Of a DNA stretch of 64,000 bases, positions 1 to 9,834 are shown piece by piece. Position 1 is the stretch's first letter; every line of letters starts with the position of its first letter. The notes below the pieces were generated by a model. The model made no database searches, was not told the DNA's origin, and saw nothing but the letters and a program-made list of their open reading frames with translations. Made by a program: the position numbers and the translations under genes. This stretch comes from an uncultured Planctomycetales bacterium (GTDB lineage Bacteria > Omnitrophota > Gorgyraeia > Zapsychrales > JANLHA01), in NCBI GenBank assembly GCA_964450385.1, contig CAYVEC010000002.1, positions 65,262-129,261 of the forward strand, in the 5' to 3' direction.

Positions 1-1793
1 CCGGGGATTATTCTGTCGACGCGGTGACGCTTCAACATAAAAAAGGCCAGACCATCATTGACCTTGCCGTCCGCTCGCAAATGGTCGCTGCTAAACTTCC
101 CGACGGCATCACATTAAACGGCCCTGTCCAAACCTCAGGAAAACTCACGCTGACGCCAAAGGCGGACCCTGCCTATCAAGGATCGATCACGTTGACGAAT
201 GTGAGGCTCTCAGGGCTCAAGAAGATCCCTGACGTCGGGTCCATCTCCGGAATCCTCACGCTTGAGACCGACCGGGTCGTCACAAAAAAACCAATCACCC
301 TATCGCTCGGCGGCCAGCAGGTCCATCTGACGGCCATGGTCAAAAATTTTAATAACCCCTATTGCGAGGCCACGATCTCCGCGTCAGGTATCCGGCTTGA
401 AGACTACAGCGACTACGCGGGCGACTTCCTCACCCGTCATCGCCTTGCCGTTCGCGGAAGCGCCGACGTGGATCTCGAGGTCCAAGGTCCGCTCTCAGCC
501 ATTACAGCGGCCGACTATACGATCACTGCCCACGTCACAAACGCGGCCGTATCGCTCGGGGACCATGCTGATCTTTTTCAAGAAATCCGCGGAGAGGTGA
601 AATATAAAAAAGGCTTCGTCTCCTGGTCTGACCTGAAGTTCTCGTCGTTAGGAACCGCATATTCCTCAACCGGGACGCTCAAGAATTTCGATCGCCCCGT
701 GATTTCCTTCAAACTGAACAACCCGAAATTCCAGCTCTCCCTGTCCTCGCGGTCATCAGGCAACCAGCATGAGATCTCCCGGCTCGAGCTCAAAGGCGGC
801 AAGACCTCGCTCTCCGGCCAAGGCCGGATCAGCACCTCCACCAAAATACCCATGATTGAGCTCTCGCTCGAAGGACAGATCGACACCGCCACCGTCGGCG
901 ACATCGATCAACGGCTCGCCAAGCCGCTCCAGCCGTTTGCTCCTCAAGGGCTGCTCTCCATGTCTCTCGCGATCAACGGCCCGGCCCAATGGCCCCTGGA
1001 CCCAAAAACATCCGGATCGCTATTCGCCCAGAGCCGAGAACTCATCATCAATCAATATGCCCTCTCCTCGTTCCAACTCTCCGCCGGCCTCTCAGCCGGA
1101 CAACCCGCATCCCTCGACCTCTCCGCCCTCTTTTATGACGGACGGCTCGAGCTCAAAAGCCGGGTTCAACTGGACGACCCCCAACTCAATATGCAGACAC
1201 AGTTCCAGCTCGACGGATGCGACCTCGCGAAGCTGAAGAACGCATCCCCCCTCAAAGAAAAAAATCTCTCCGGGACCCTCTCGACGTCATTTTTTATGCA
1301 AGGCCCTCTTAAAGAGACCCGGTCGGTTATCGGTAACGGGACCATCACGGCGACTAACGGGCATCTCTATACAGCGATCCTCAAGGGGGCCTGGAAAGAC
1401 CTCCTGATCGATGAATTCCAAAATATCGTTTTTACGGATGGACGCGCAACCTTCAAGATCAAGAACAACCAGATCATGAGCAACGACCTCTACCTGAGGA
1501 GCCAACGCATCGATCTCGACGGTTCAGGATGGATCGGCCTCGACAAACGCATCAACATTACCTTTATCCCCACATTTAAAGAATCCGCCATCCTGCGAAC
1601 GGATTCAGAGGTCCTCAAAAAAGTCGTCACGACCGTCGTGACACAGACCCGGGGATATATCACGATCAAGCTCACCGGAACGTTGGACAAGCCCCAACAC
1701 GCGGTTGAAAAAGACCCCTCCAAGCTCATGCAAAAGGCGACCGAGAAACTCCTAGACGGCATGCACAATATCTTTGAGGGACTCACCGAATAA
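1..1793 (+). CDS. AsmA-family outer-membrane assembly protein, C-terminal part (5' end probably outside the window; frame is open back to position 1, listed start is GTG at 24)
   Basis: The C-terminal region (DGRATFKIKNN...ITIKLTGTLDKP) resembles the AsmA/TamB C-terminal domain. No in-frame stop lies upstream of 24. Confidence 0.4.
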   Translation, partial: GDYSVDAVTLQHKKGQTIIDLAVRSQMVAAKLPDGITLNGPVQTSGKLTLTPKADPAYQGSITLTNVRLSGLKKIPDVGSISGILTLETDRVVTKKPITLSLGGQQVHLTAMVKNFNNPYCEATISASGIRLEDYSDYAGDFLTRHRLAVRGSADVDLEVQGPLSAITAADYTITAHVTNAAVSLGDHADLFQEIRGEVKYKKGFVSWSDLKFSSLGTAYSSTGTLKNFDRPVISFKLNNPKFQLSLSSRSSGNQHEISRLELKGGKTSLSGQGRISTSTKIPMIELSLEGQIDTATVGDIDQRLAKPLQPFAPQGLLSMSLAINGPAQWPLDPKTSGSLFAQSRELIINQYALSSFQLSAGLSAGQPASLDLSALFYDGRLELKSRVQLDDPQLNMQTQFQLDGCDLAKLKNASPLKEKNLSGTLSTSFFMQGPLKETRSVIGNGTITATNGHLYTAILKGAWKDLLIDEFQNIVFTDGRATFKIKNNQIMSNDLYLRSQRIDLDGSGWIGLDKRINITFIPTFKESAILRTDSEVLKKVVTTVVTQTRGYITIKLTGTLDKPQHAVEKDPSKLMQKATEKLLDGMHNIFEGLTE

Positions 1794-1800
1794 GCTTTAA

Positions 1801-2403
1801 TTATCTTAGAATATCAAACCGAAGCACATCGTGGATTTTTCTGAGGGCCATGGCGCGATGGCTGATCGCGGCCTTCAGCGACGGATCCACCTGACCAAAC
1901 GTCTGCCGATACTGGGGAAGGAAAAAGAGCGGATCATACCCGAACCCATTCGACCCTCTGGGCTGATCAGCGATGGTGCCGCCACAAACCCCCGAGGCCA
2001 TGACGAGAATATGACCCGCCTCAGCCAATACCGCGACACAGCGGTATCGGGCCTGGCGCCGATCAAGCGGGACAGAGGCGAGCTCTTCAAGGAGGCGCTG
2101 ATTGTTCATCGCGTCGGTCGCACGAGCGCCCGCGTACCGCGCCGAATAAACGCCGGGGCGGCCGGACAGGGCGTCAACCTCAAGCCCTGAATCCTCGCCG
2201 AGAATCAGTCCCGGGACCCGACGTGAGACAACGACTGCTTTGATACGGGCATTCGCCGCGAATGTCTCGCCGTCCTCAATGATCTCCGGCAGGTCCGCAT
2301 AATCCGCGAGAGACCGAATAACGAGATCACAATCAGCGAGAAGGGCCCTAATCTCGTTCAGTTTTCCTTGATTCCGTGTCGCCACAACAAAAGATCGCGC
2401 CAT
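1801..2403 (-). CDS. rdgB: Non-canonical purine NTP pyrophosphatase (dITP/XTP pyrophosphatase, Ham1/RdgB family)
   Basis: MARSFVVATRNQGKLNEIRALL... matches the Ham1 N-terminal signature and the FGYDPLF motif. Length is 200 aa. Confidence 0.85.
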   Translation of the reverse strand: MARSFVVATRNQGKLNEIRALLADCDLVIRSLADYADLPEIIEDGETFAANARIKAVVVSRRVPGLILGEDSGLEVDALSGRPGVYSARYAGARATDAMNNQRLLEELASVPLDRRQARYRCVAVLAEAGHILVMASGVCGGTIADQPRGSNGFGYDPLFFLPQYRQTFGQVDPSLKAAISHRAMALRKIHDVLRFDILR

Positions 2404-3129
2404 CTAATCCTCCCCGATCCCGCAGCCTTTTAAAGCCGCCCGCTGGACCGCGACGATTGCACCGATCCCGTCGGCCGCAGCCGCATACATCTGATCAAAC
2501 TGCTTTTTGCTGAACGGCGCGCCCTCGGCGGTCCCCTGGATCTCAACGATCTTCCCGTGTCCAGTCATGACCACGTTCATATCAACGCCGGCCGTTGAAT
2601 CCTCGGCATAATTCAGATCAACCGCGACCTCACCGTCACAGACCCCAACACTCACCGCGGCGACAAGGTCCTTCACCGGAACGGACGGGATCAGGCCGTC
2701 GGTCTTCGCCTTTTTGAGCGCCAGGGCCAAGGCCACACACCCGCCGGTGACCGAGGCCGTACGCGTGCCTCCGTCAGCCTGAATGACATCACAATCGATC
2801 TTGACCGTCCTCTCGCCAAGCTCGGACATCTCGACGACCGACCGCAGGGAACGGCCGATGAGCCGCTGGATCTCCTGAATACGGCCCGCGGTCTGATTCC
2901 GCTTGACCCGCTGAGGGCACGAGCCCGGAAGCATGCCGTATTCCGCCGTCACCCACCCCTGCCCCGTGCCTTTTAGGAACGGCGGAACCCCATCCTCGAT
3001 CATGGCCGTGCAGACAACATGTGTATCACCAAAAGCAATGAGACATGAGCCGTGGGCATGCTTGATATAATTCTTTTTGATAACGACCTTCCGAATCTGC
3101 CGAGGCTCGCGGCCGTCACGTCGAGACAT
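2404..3129 (-). CDS. rph: Ribonuclease PH
   Basis: Full-length RNase PH-like protein of 241 aa (RDGREPRQIRKV..., GTGQGWVTAEYGMLP, RLIGRSLR). It directly abuts rdgB, the common rph-rdgB pairing. Confidence 0.85.
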   Translation of the reverse strand: MSRRDGREPRQIRKVVIKKNYIKHAHGSCLIAFGDTHVVCTAMIEDGVPPFLKGTGQGWVTAEYGMLPGSCPQRVKRNQTAGRIQEIQRLIGRSLRSVVEMSELGERTVKIDCDVIQADGGTRTASVTGGCVALALALKKAKTDGLIPSVPVKDLVAAVSVGVCDGEVAVDLNYAEDSTAGVDMNVVMTGHGKIVEIQGTAEGAPFSKKQFDQMYAAAADGIGAIVAVQRAALKGCGIGED

Positions 3130-3550
3130 CGCGCCCTCCCCTCTTCTGCCGGCGCCGGTAATCGGCCCGGACGTTTGTGGTGATGCCGCCCCGCGGATTC
3201 ATGACGATCTCGACCCTCATCCACCTCGGGTGACAGGCACCGACAAGATCATCCAGGATCCGATTCACCAGATGCTCGTGAAAGATCCCCACCGAACGGT
3301 ACGCGGTCAAATACATCTTGAACGACTTCAATTCAATACAATAATCCGCCGGGGCATAGACCACATCAATAACCGCGAAATCCGGCAAACCGGTCTTCGG
3401 GCAGATGCAGGTAAACTCAGGGATCTCCAAATGGACCTCATAGTCACGGTCCGCATACTGATTCGTCCAGACCTCGATCTCGGGCAGCGACAGCGCGCGG
3501 ACCGCCTGCTGAAGCCCTTCATACGACCCTGTTCTCACCTTTGCCATCAT
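3116..3550 (-). CDS. queF: NADPH-dependent 7-cyano-7-deazaguanine (preQ0) reductase, type I
   Basis: Carries the EFTCICPKTGLPDF catalytic-Cys motif and the QueF motif region. About 144 aa. Confidence 0.85.
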   Translation of the reverse strand: MMAKVRTGSYEGLQQAVRALSLPEIEVWTNQYADRDYEVHLEIPEFTCICPKTGLPDFAVIDVVYAPADYCIELKSFKMYLTAYRSVGIFHEHLVNRILDDLVGACHPRWMRVEIVMNPRGGITTNVRADYRRRQKRGGRDVST

Positions 3551-3564
3551 TCACCTCACTCACG

Positions 3565-4236
3565 TTACGGAATTTCGATTAATCGATGGACCTGCGGGAG
3601 GACCCTCACCCGACGGAGGCCTTCACGGGCCATGTCCATGCATTCAAGCGCCCGCCGCAAGGCCCCCTCTCGAAGCCGCCCGGTCTCGGGCTGAACGCAG
3701 AGCGGGATCTCCGGAGAGACGGAACGGATGATCTCGACCGCCCGGCGGAATTCATCAGCGTCTGTCTCGGGCGTCACGACGATCTTCACAAACACCTCGG
3801 TCCCGACCGCGGCCCTCAAAAACGCCTCATGCCGCTCCCACAAAGGCGGGACGCCTGCCGACGACGGGAGTTTGATATCCATGGCGACCGTCGTCACCCA
3901 AACGATCACCTTCCTCAAACCCTCCACAATGGTCCCGTTCGTCTCAAGATAGATCGGGATCCCGGCCCGAACCAGATGAGGAAAAACCTCCGCGAGGCCC
4001 TCGGCCTGTTCGAGCGGCTCACCTCCGGTAAAACTCACCGTGTCGCCCGACCGGTATCGCGCCTGAATCTCATCAACAAGATCGTGTGCCGTCATCACCC
4101 GTTGCAGCGGAGAGGCAGTGTCGCACCAACGGCAGCCGAGGTCACACCCCGCAAGCCGCACAAAAAGATGCGGTGCCCCAGCGTAGAACCCTTCACCCTG
4201 AAGCGATGAAAAAATCTCAGTCACCCGGATATCCAT
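3565..4236 (-). CDS. queE: 7-carboxy-7-deazaguanine synthase (radical SAM)
   Basis: N-terminal EIFSSLQGEG and a CDLGCRWCDT Cys cluster typical of QueE. Confidence 0.85.
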   Translation of the reverse strand: MDIRVTEIFSSLQGEGFYAGAPHLFVRLAGCDLGCRWCDTASPLQRVMTAHDLVDEIQARYRSGDTVSFTGGEPLEQAEGLAEVFPHLVRAGIPIYLETNGTIVEGLRKVIVWVTTVAMDIKLPSSAGVPPLWERHEAFLRAAVGTEVFVKIVVTPETDADEFRRAVEIIRSVSPEIPLCVQPETGRLREGALRRALECMDMAREGLRRVRVLPQVHRLIEIP

Positions 4237-4242
4237 ACGGCA

Positions 4243-4938
4243 CTACCCCTCAAGGGCCGGATCAACGACCCCTGCCTGCTGAAACCCCTTCGCTCGAAGA
4301 AGACAGCTATCACATCTCCCGCACGGCCGACGGCCGCCCGCATAGCACGACCACGTCAATTCATACGGCACGCCCAGACGCCGTCCGAGACGGATGATCT
4401 GGGCCTTGCTCTTATGGATCAAGGGAGTCTTCACCCTGAGCCGCCGACCCTCAACCCCTGCCTTCGTGCCCACGGCCAATACCCGCTGATAGGCCTTATA
4501 AAATTCCGGCCGGCAATCAGGGTATCCGGAATAATCAACGGCATTCGCGCCGATAAAAATAGCCTCCGCCCCGAGAGCCTCGGCATGCGCCGCCGCGATA
4601 CTCAAAAAAACGATATTCCTCGCCGGGACATAGGTGGACGGGATCTCCGACACAAAATCAACACGATCCTTGGGGACATTCAGGGACCGGTCCAAGAGGG
4701 CCGATCCGGTCTCGGGCATTGCAAGGCGAACAAGACGGTACCGGCACCCCGCCGCCTCTGCAACGGCGATCGCGCTCTTCACCTCACGGCGATGCCGCTG
4801 GCTGTAGTTAAAAATCAAGGCCTCGCAGGAATATCCCTCGGCCAGGGCATAATACAGGGTGGTGGCCGAATCCAGGCCCCCGGACAGAAGGACAAGGGCC
4901 GAACGCGTTCTTTTCTTATTAGGGGATGACATTCTCAT
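4243..4938 (-). CDS. queC: 7-cyano-7-deazaguanine synthase (PP-loop ATPase)
   Basis: LLSGGLDSAT PP-loop and a C-terminal CGRCDSCLLR zinc-binding motif. Confidence 0.9.
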   Translation of the reverse strand: MRMSSPNKKRTRSALVLLSGGLDSATTLYYALAEGYSCEALIFNYSQRHRREVKSAIAVAEAAGCRYRLVRLAMPETGSALLDRSLNVPKDRVDFVSEIPSTYVPARNIVFLSIAAAHAEALGAEAIFIGANAVDYSGYPDCRPEFYKAYQRVLAVGTKAGVEGRRLRVKTPLIHKSKAQIIRLGRRLGVPYELTWSCYAGGRRPCGRCDSCLLRAKGFQQAGVVDPALEG

Positions 4939-5297
4939 GGCCGGTAGATGACGCTCGCGGTGTCCGACTCCCAGACCCGCACATATGAAATGACAGCGCC
5001 CGGAAATTCCCGCGCCACGGCCTGATAAAGGACACGGGCCATATTCTCCGTCGAGGGATTCACGCCCTGAAATTCGTCAAGGTCATTGAGGCAGACATGG
5101 TCCCAGCGCTCCATGATGTGGCCGAGCCGCTTTTTGAGCTCTTTAAAATCAATGACCAGCCCGATCTGATTCAATTGGTCGGATTCCACGGCCACCTCGA
5201 CCTTCCAGGTGTGCCCGTGGAGATTCTCACATGCCCCCTGATACCCTCTTAAAAAATGGGCGGATGAAAAATGATCCGAAACCACGAGCTGATACAT
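4935..5297 (-). CDS. queD: 6-carboxy-5,6,7,8-tetrahydropterin synthase
   Basis: 120 aa with the SAHFL...CENLHGHTW signature of the QueD/PTPS family. Overlaps queC by 4 nt. Confidence 0.9.
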   Translation of the reverse strand: MYQLVVSDHFSSAHFLRGYQGACENLHGHTWKVEVAVESDQLNQIGLVIDFKELKKRLGHIMERWDHVCLNDLDEFQGVNPSTENMARVLYQAVAREFPGAVISYVRVWESDTASVIYRP

Positions 5298-5312
5298 CCT
5301 ATTCCCTCCTCC

Positions 5313-6119
5313 CTAAAACATCTTTTTCTTCAGCGCGATATCGCGGCCCAAGAATTTCTTGGCCAAGACACGAAAATGCTCCGGGGCATCGCTCACCAAA
5401 AATCGATGCGACGCCCGACGGGCTCGAAGGCGCAGAAGTCCCTCCCGCCGCAAACCCCCCTCAAGCTGACGAGCGACTTCAACCGCCGAATCAATCAGCG
5501 ACACGCCCTCTCCCATCACATCCGCGATCGTCGCCTTTAAGAGCGGATAATGGGTGCAGCCGAGAATGACCGTATCAACACGGGCCTTCTGCAGGGTCTT
5601 AAGATATTCGCGCGCGACCTGACGCGTCACGTCTCTCTCAAACCACCCCTCTTCGACGAGAGGGACAAAAAGAGGGCACGCCTGGGCCATCACACGACAG
5701 CCCGGCCGGGCCCGACATAATTGCCGCTGATACTCGCCGCTCGCCACCGTGGCCGGGGTCGCGACGATACCGATTCGTCCGGTTCGGCTCGTTGCCACGG
5801 CCTTTTTGACCCCGGGTTCAATGACCCCCAGCACTGGCACATCGAGCTCACGTTTCAGCAGACGCAGGGCATAACTCGCCGATGAATTACAGGCGATCAC
5901 GATCGCCTTCACCTTATATTCCAAGAGGACCTCGGCGTTCTGCCGAGAAAATCGGACAATCGACGCCGGGGACTTGGTCCCGTAGGGAAGCCGCGCTGTG
6001 TCACCAAAATAGACAATATCCTCATAAGGCAGGAGCTGCATCACGGCCTTCGCGACCGTGAGCCCCCCTAGTCCTGAATCAAAGATCCCGATCGGCGCGC
6101 GGGCCGTGTCCTGTTTCAT
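5313..6119 (-). CDS. murI: Glutamate racemase (start chosen at internal Met MKQDT; the ORF extends to 6185)
   Basis: IGIFDSGLGGLTV and ...VILGCTHYPLL motifs of MurI. Confidence 0.85.
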   Translation of the reverse strand: MKQDTARAPIGIFDSGLGGLTVAKAVMQLLPYEDIVYFGDTARLPYGTKSPASIVRFSRQNAEVLLEYKVKAIVIACNSSASYALRLLKRELDVPVLGVIEPGVKKAVATSRTGRIGIVATPATVASGEYQRQLCRARPGCRVMAQACPLFVPLVEEGWFERDVTRQVAREYLKTLQKARVDTVILGCTHYPLLKATIADVMGEGVSLIDSAVEVARQLEGGLRREGLLRLRARRASHRFLVSDAPEHFRVLAKKFLGRDIALKKKMF

Positions 6120-6220
6120 AAAACCACCTTTGGCTATCTTCTCATGTGCCGTCATTATAAACATTTCGTGGGAAAAATACAACACCGGCGCTCGCAGGCG
6201 GCGCCATGAGCCGCCGCCCC

Positions 6221-7255
6221 TTACCGCGAATTCACATAGCGGACGATGGCGCGGGCCAGGCTCTCGGCGATCCCCTGACGATAGTCCGGGGTTTTAAGAA
6301 GGCGCGCCTCACGCGGATTAGTCAAGAACCCGGTCTCGACCAAGACCGCCGGGGAAAGGGTGTTCTTCAGGACATGGAATCCCGAATCCTTAGCCCCGCG
6401 ATTCGCTACGCGGGTGTCCTGTGCCAAGACGCGGGACACCTGATTCGCAAGGGCCGCTGATTCATTGATCTTATAGCGGTACATCAGATCCTCAAGCACC
6501 CGCTCAACGTCGCGGTTCTGGGTATTGACCGCAACCTGTTTAAGAAAGATCTGCCTGTTTTTCAACCACTGAGCAGTCTCGCGTTCCCGGGAGGTGAGGG
6601 GCGTCGCGCTCCAGACCTCAACCCCCGAGGCCCGGACCGCCTCGCTCGCGTTGACATGAATACTCACAAAAAGATCCGCCCGCATGCGGCTCGCGAGCTC
6701 GCCCCGCTCTTCGAGGGAAAGGAAGGTGTCCGTTGAACGTGTCAGGGCTACCTGAAACCCTTCGCGCTCCAATTCGGTCTTGAGCCGTTTCACGATATCA
6801 AGGACGATCGTCTTCTCCTGACCGCCGTGGCCGTCCATGGCCCCGGGGTCCTTCCCGCCATGCCCAGGATCAAGAACAATCAAGAATTTCCCCGACCGGA
6901 AAAAGACAACCCCGCCGACAAGCCTCGCCAAAACCTTGTTGCGAACATCCTCGGGCGCGATCACCTGGCCCTCTCTGATCCATAACGGCCGGCTGATTTT
7001 GATCTTTTCCTCATTCAGCCAAATCTCATCGCTCCCGACAAAAGCGCTCACCCGATCCGCCCCCTTGTCAAGTTTGATCCGCTGAGTCACAGGATCATAA
7101 TCATAAAGGACCCCGCGCTGCTGGCACACCGATGCCAGAGAGAACCCATCTTCTGAATGTCTCTCCGGGACCGTCGCGCAACCGGCGATGAATACAGCGA
7201 GACAGAGACTGCACACACCCATCAACCCCATCTTAGAAACTGCCGTCTGATGCAT
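6221..7255 (-). CDS. N-acetylmuramoyl-L-alanine amidase (AmiC-like, lipoprotein signal, N-terminal AMIN-like domain)
   Basis: Lipobox ...FIAGC. The Amidase_3 core reads LIVLDPGHGGKDPGA ... VSIHVNAS ... NxGxK. Confidence 0.8.
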   Translation of the reverse strand: MHQTAVSKMGLMGVCSLCLAVFIAGCATVPERHSEDGFSLASVCQQRGVLYDYDPVTQRIKLDKGADRVSAFVGSDEIWLNEEKIKISRPLWIREGQVIAPEDVRNKVLARLVGGVVFFRSGKFLIVLDPGHGGKDPGAMDGHGGQEKTIVLDIVKRLKTELEREGFQVALTRSTDTFLSLEERGELASRMRADLFVSIHVNASEAVRASGVEVWSATPLTSRERETAQWLKNRQIFLKQVAVNTQNRDVERVLEDLMYRYKINESAALANQVSRVLAQDTRVANRGAKDSGFHVLKNTLSPAVLVETGFLTNPREARLLKTPDYRQGIAESLARAIVRYVNSR

Positions 7256-7271
7256 ATCCCTACCTATCCTC

Positions 7272-9281
7272 TTATTTTTTTGTGTCCTGAGCGGTACCGG
7301 TAATGATGCGGGGAGTCAGAAAGATCACGGTCTCCGTCTTCACCTTCTCATCATTCGTGTGGCGAAAGGCCGCGCCCACAAGCGGAATATCCCCCAAAAC
7401 AGGGACCTTTTTATGCGAATACCGTTTTTCATCTTTGATCAACCCGCCGATGACAATGGTGACCCCGTCATGGATACGCACGGTCGTCTCTGCCTCAGAT
7501 GTCTCGACGACAGGGATCTCATTGTTCTCGCTGGTCAACAGGGTATCGATCACAGAACTCACCTCAGGCTTGATCTTCATCGTGATAAAACCGTCTTTAT
7601 GAACAATCGGCGTCACATAAAGCTTCACGCCAACATCAATAAAATTCACGCTCTCCGCGGTCGTTGTCGGGCCGGTGCTCGGGGTCGTCGTCGTTGTGGT
7701 CACATAGGGCTGGGTCGAACCGACAAGGATGCGTGCCTCCTGATTATTCAGGACCGTGATGCTCGGGCTCGACAAGATATTCGTCTCCCCGATCTCCTCC
7801 AGGGCCTCGACCATCGCGGTATAACTGTTGTTCGTGATCGTGCCCACCCGGAGCGAGCCGCGCTGGGCGGCGGTGTTCTCAAGGACATTGAAATCCGATG
7901 TCAGAGTCAACTCATCCATCGCAGGAAAGATCGCCTGCCAATCAACGCCAAGATTATACTCGTTGCTAAGCTGGACCTGAACGATCTTTGCCTCGATCAA
8001 GACCTGCCGTTCCTGGACATCAAAAGCCGAGACCACTTCCGCGATCTCCTTCAACTTGGCCGGTTTATCAACGACGATCAGCTTATTTGAACGGGTGTCG
8101 AACTTGACCCGGCCGACGCTCCGGGACAGAATCGACTCAACCTTCGCCGCAAGATCCTCGGCCAGGGCATAATTCAGCTCGAAGACCTCTGTCCGGACAG
8201 GAAAATCGATCTCGTAGATCAGGTTCTCCATCTTCGTGAGATTCTCCGGCGTTTCCATGATGACCATGGCATTCGATTTCTCGTCCGTGATGATCTTCCC
8301 TCCGGATGACCGCATGTTCTCTAACAGATGCGCTACATTCAGAACCGGGGCGTACTTCAAGTGATAGACCTTGGTATCGAGCGCCCCGCCGAAAACCTGG
8401 CCATAGCGCTTCTCATATTCAGCCCCGGTCATCACGCGAATGATCCCATCCTCCTGGCGGTAGGCCATCCCGTTCGCGTCGAGGATGATCCTCAGCGCAT
8501 CGAGGATATGGACATTTTTTAAATACATGGAGACCCGGCCCTGAACACCCTTGCCCGCAATAATATTCGTCCCGGTCTTCTGGGCGATCAGGCTGAGAAC
8601 ATCCATGAGATCGATATCCTTTAATTCCAACGAGTCGACCATCCCCGAGTCCTTAAGCCCCTCGGCCAGTCCCGGAAGGGGCGCCTCTGCGGCCTCGGGA
8701 GCGTCGGGCATGGAAACATCGTTTTCAGAAAACAAAACCGGCGATGCGGCATCACCTAAAAAGCCCTCCGGCTCATGGGTCTGATCGTCACCGATCACCA
8801 CGGCCTTATAGATCTCTCCCCGCGCAGCGGGCTGGTACGGAGCCGCCGGAGCCACCACCCCTCGGACCCGACGGACCGCGTCCTCATCAAAGATCTCAAT
8901 ATTGCTGATCACATCAACGGTCTCGACCGGAGGATCAGACACTTCCGGCAGATCCGGCAGCTCTGGCAAGTCCGGAAGCGCCGCCTCTGCGAGCGCGGTC
9001 CCACCTCCCTCGGCCGCATCACCCTCAATCGCACCGGCATCCTCGGCAATCGGGAAAGCCACAGGTTCCTCAAGATTTCGATTGAATTTAGGGGCCTGAC
9101 TTTGCGCAATAAGGACCGTCGAGGCACGGTCCCCGGACCCCTGTTCAAGCGAGTCCAAGGCATAAGTGGCCGCATCCATCTGACTGTTCGCATGAGCAGA
9201 CGATGCCGTGAGCACGGTCACGACCACAAGCATCCATCCGATTCTAACACGCATCCCCATTCCTTTGACGCCTCTATTCAT
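7272..9281 (-). CDS. Secretin (PilQ/GspD family), second secretin of the cluster, with long acidic/Pro-rich N-terminal low-complexity region and Thr-rich linker
   Basis: Signal peptide. The C-terminal secretin domain reads IVIGGLIKDEKRYSHKKVPVLGDIPLVGAAFRHTNDEKVKTETVIFLTPRII. There is also a TTTTTPSTGPTTT linker. Confidence 0.8.
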   Translation of the reverse strand: MNRGVKGMGMRVRIGWMLVVVTVLTASSAHANSQMDAATYALDSLEQGSGDRASTVLIAQSQAPKFNRNLEEPVAFPIAEDAGAIEGDAAEGGGTALAEAALPDLPELPDLPEVSDPPVETVDVISNIEIFDEDAVRRVRGVVAPAAPYQPAARGEIYKAVVIGDDQTHEPEGFLGDAASPVLFSENDVSMPDAPEAAEAPLPGLAEGLKDSGMVDSLELKDIDLMDVLSLIAQKTGTNIIAGKGVQGRVSMYLKNVHILDALRIILDANGMAYRQEDGIIRVMTGAEYEKRYGQVFGGALDTKVYHLKYAPVLNVAHLLENMRSSGGKIITDEKSNAMVIMETPENLTKMENLIYEIDFPVRTEVFELNYALAEDLAAKVESILSRSVGRVKFDTRSNKLIVVDKPAKLKEIAEVVSAFDVQERQVLIEAKIVQVQLSNEYNLGVDWQAIFPAMDELTLTSDFNVLENTAAQRGSLRVGTITNNSYTAMVEALEEIGETNILSSPSITVLNNQEARILVGSTQPYVTTTTTTPSTGPTTTAESVNFIDVGVKLYVTPIVHKDGFITMKIKPEVSSVIDTLLTSENNEIPVVETSEAETTVRIHDGVTIVIGGLIKDEKRYSHKKVPVLGDIPLVGAAFRHTNDEKVKTETVIFLTPRIITGTAQDTKK

Positions 9282-9750
9282 CCCTCAATCGAATCACTGC
9301 CGACCCCGCCCCGGAGACGACCTCTACCTCGCCAGGACGAATGTCCACGATCCGCGTTGCCCCCAAAAGATCCCCGCTCCGTGTCACGACCACCGTATGA
9401 AGCTCCCGCTGTTCCCAGATCGCCTGACGCTCTCTCCCCACAATGATGCCAACTAACTGATATTCGTTTGCGATTTCGCCGCTCCCAGTTGTCTGAGGAG
9501 CATCTTCACCGGCGTTGTTATCCGACGGACGCCCATTCTCAACAAAGATATCCCTGAGGATGATCCGATCGATCGTCTCAGGTGACGGCTGCACGCGCCC
9601 GGGAACGACGGACGGATGGGCGAAACCATCCTCGGGCGCTGCGGATTGCAACGACCGATGCGGCAGAATATGCCACGCAGACCCGGCCGCGAAACACACC
9701 GCAAGAAACCAGAACAGCCCTGTGATCCAACGCATAAACATTATGAACAC
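9274..9750 (-). CDS. PilP/GspC-like periplasmic secretin-interacting protein
   Basis: About 158 aa with an N-terminal TM/signal. It sits directly upstream of a secretin. Function inferred from position and size. Confidence 0.4.
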   Translation of the reverse strand: MFIMFMRWITGLFWFLAVCFAAGSAWHILPHRSLQSAAPEDGFAHPSVVPGRVQPSPETIDRIILRDIFVENGRPSDNNAGEDAPQTTGSGEIANEYQLVGIIVGRERQAIWEQRELHTVVVTRSGDLLGATRIVDIRPGEVEVVSGAGSAVIRLRDE

Positions 9751-9834
9751 GTTCCGTATTTATTGTACTGATTTTTATAAAAGAATTTTATTAATTTTAC
9801 TCTTTTTTTATTGCGTCTAAACCCTTCCATCGCC

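Noticed and set aside
8560-9281. Possible tandem DNA repeat or CRISPR-like periodicity in the secretin N-terminal region and the Thr-codon run near 7670
   Set aside because: These are only short codon-level repeats (LPDLPE, ACC/ACG Thr runs) inside an intact reading frame. There are no spacer/repeat units, no cas genes and no leader.
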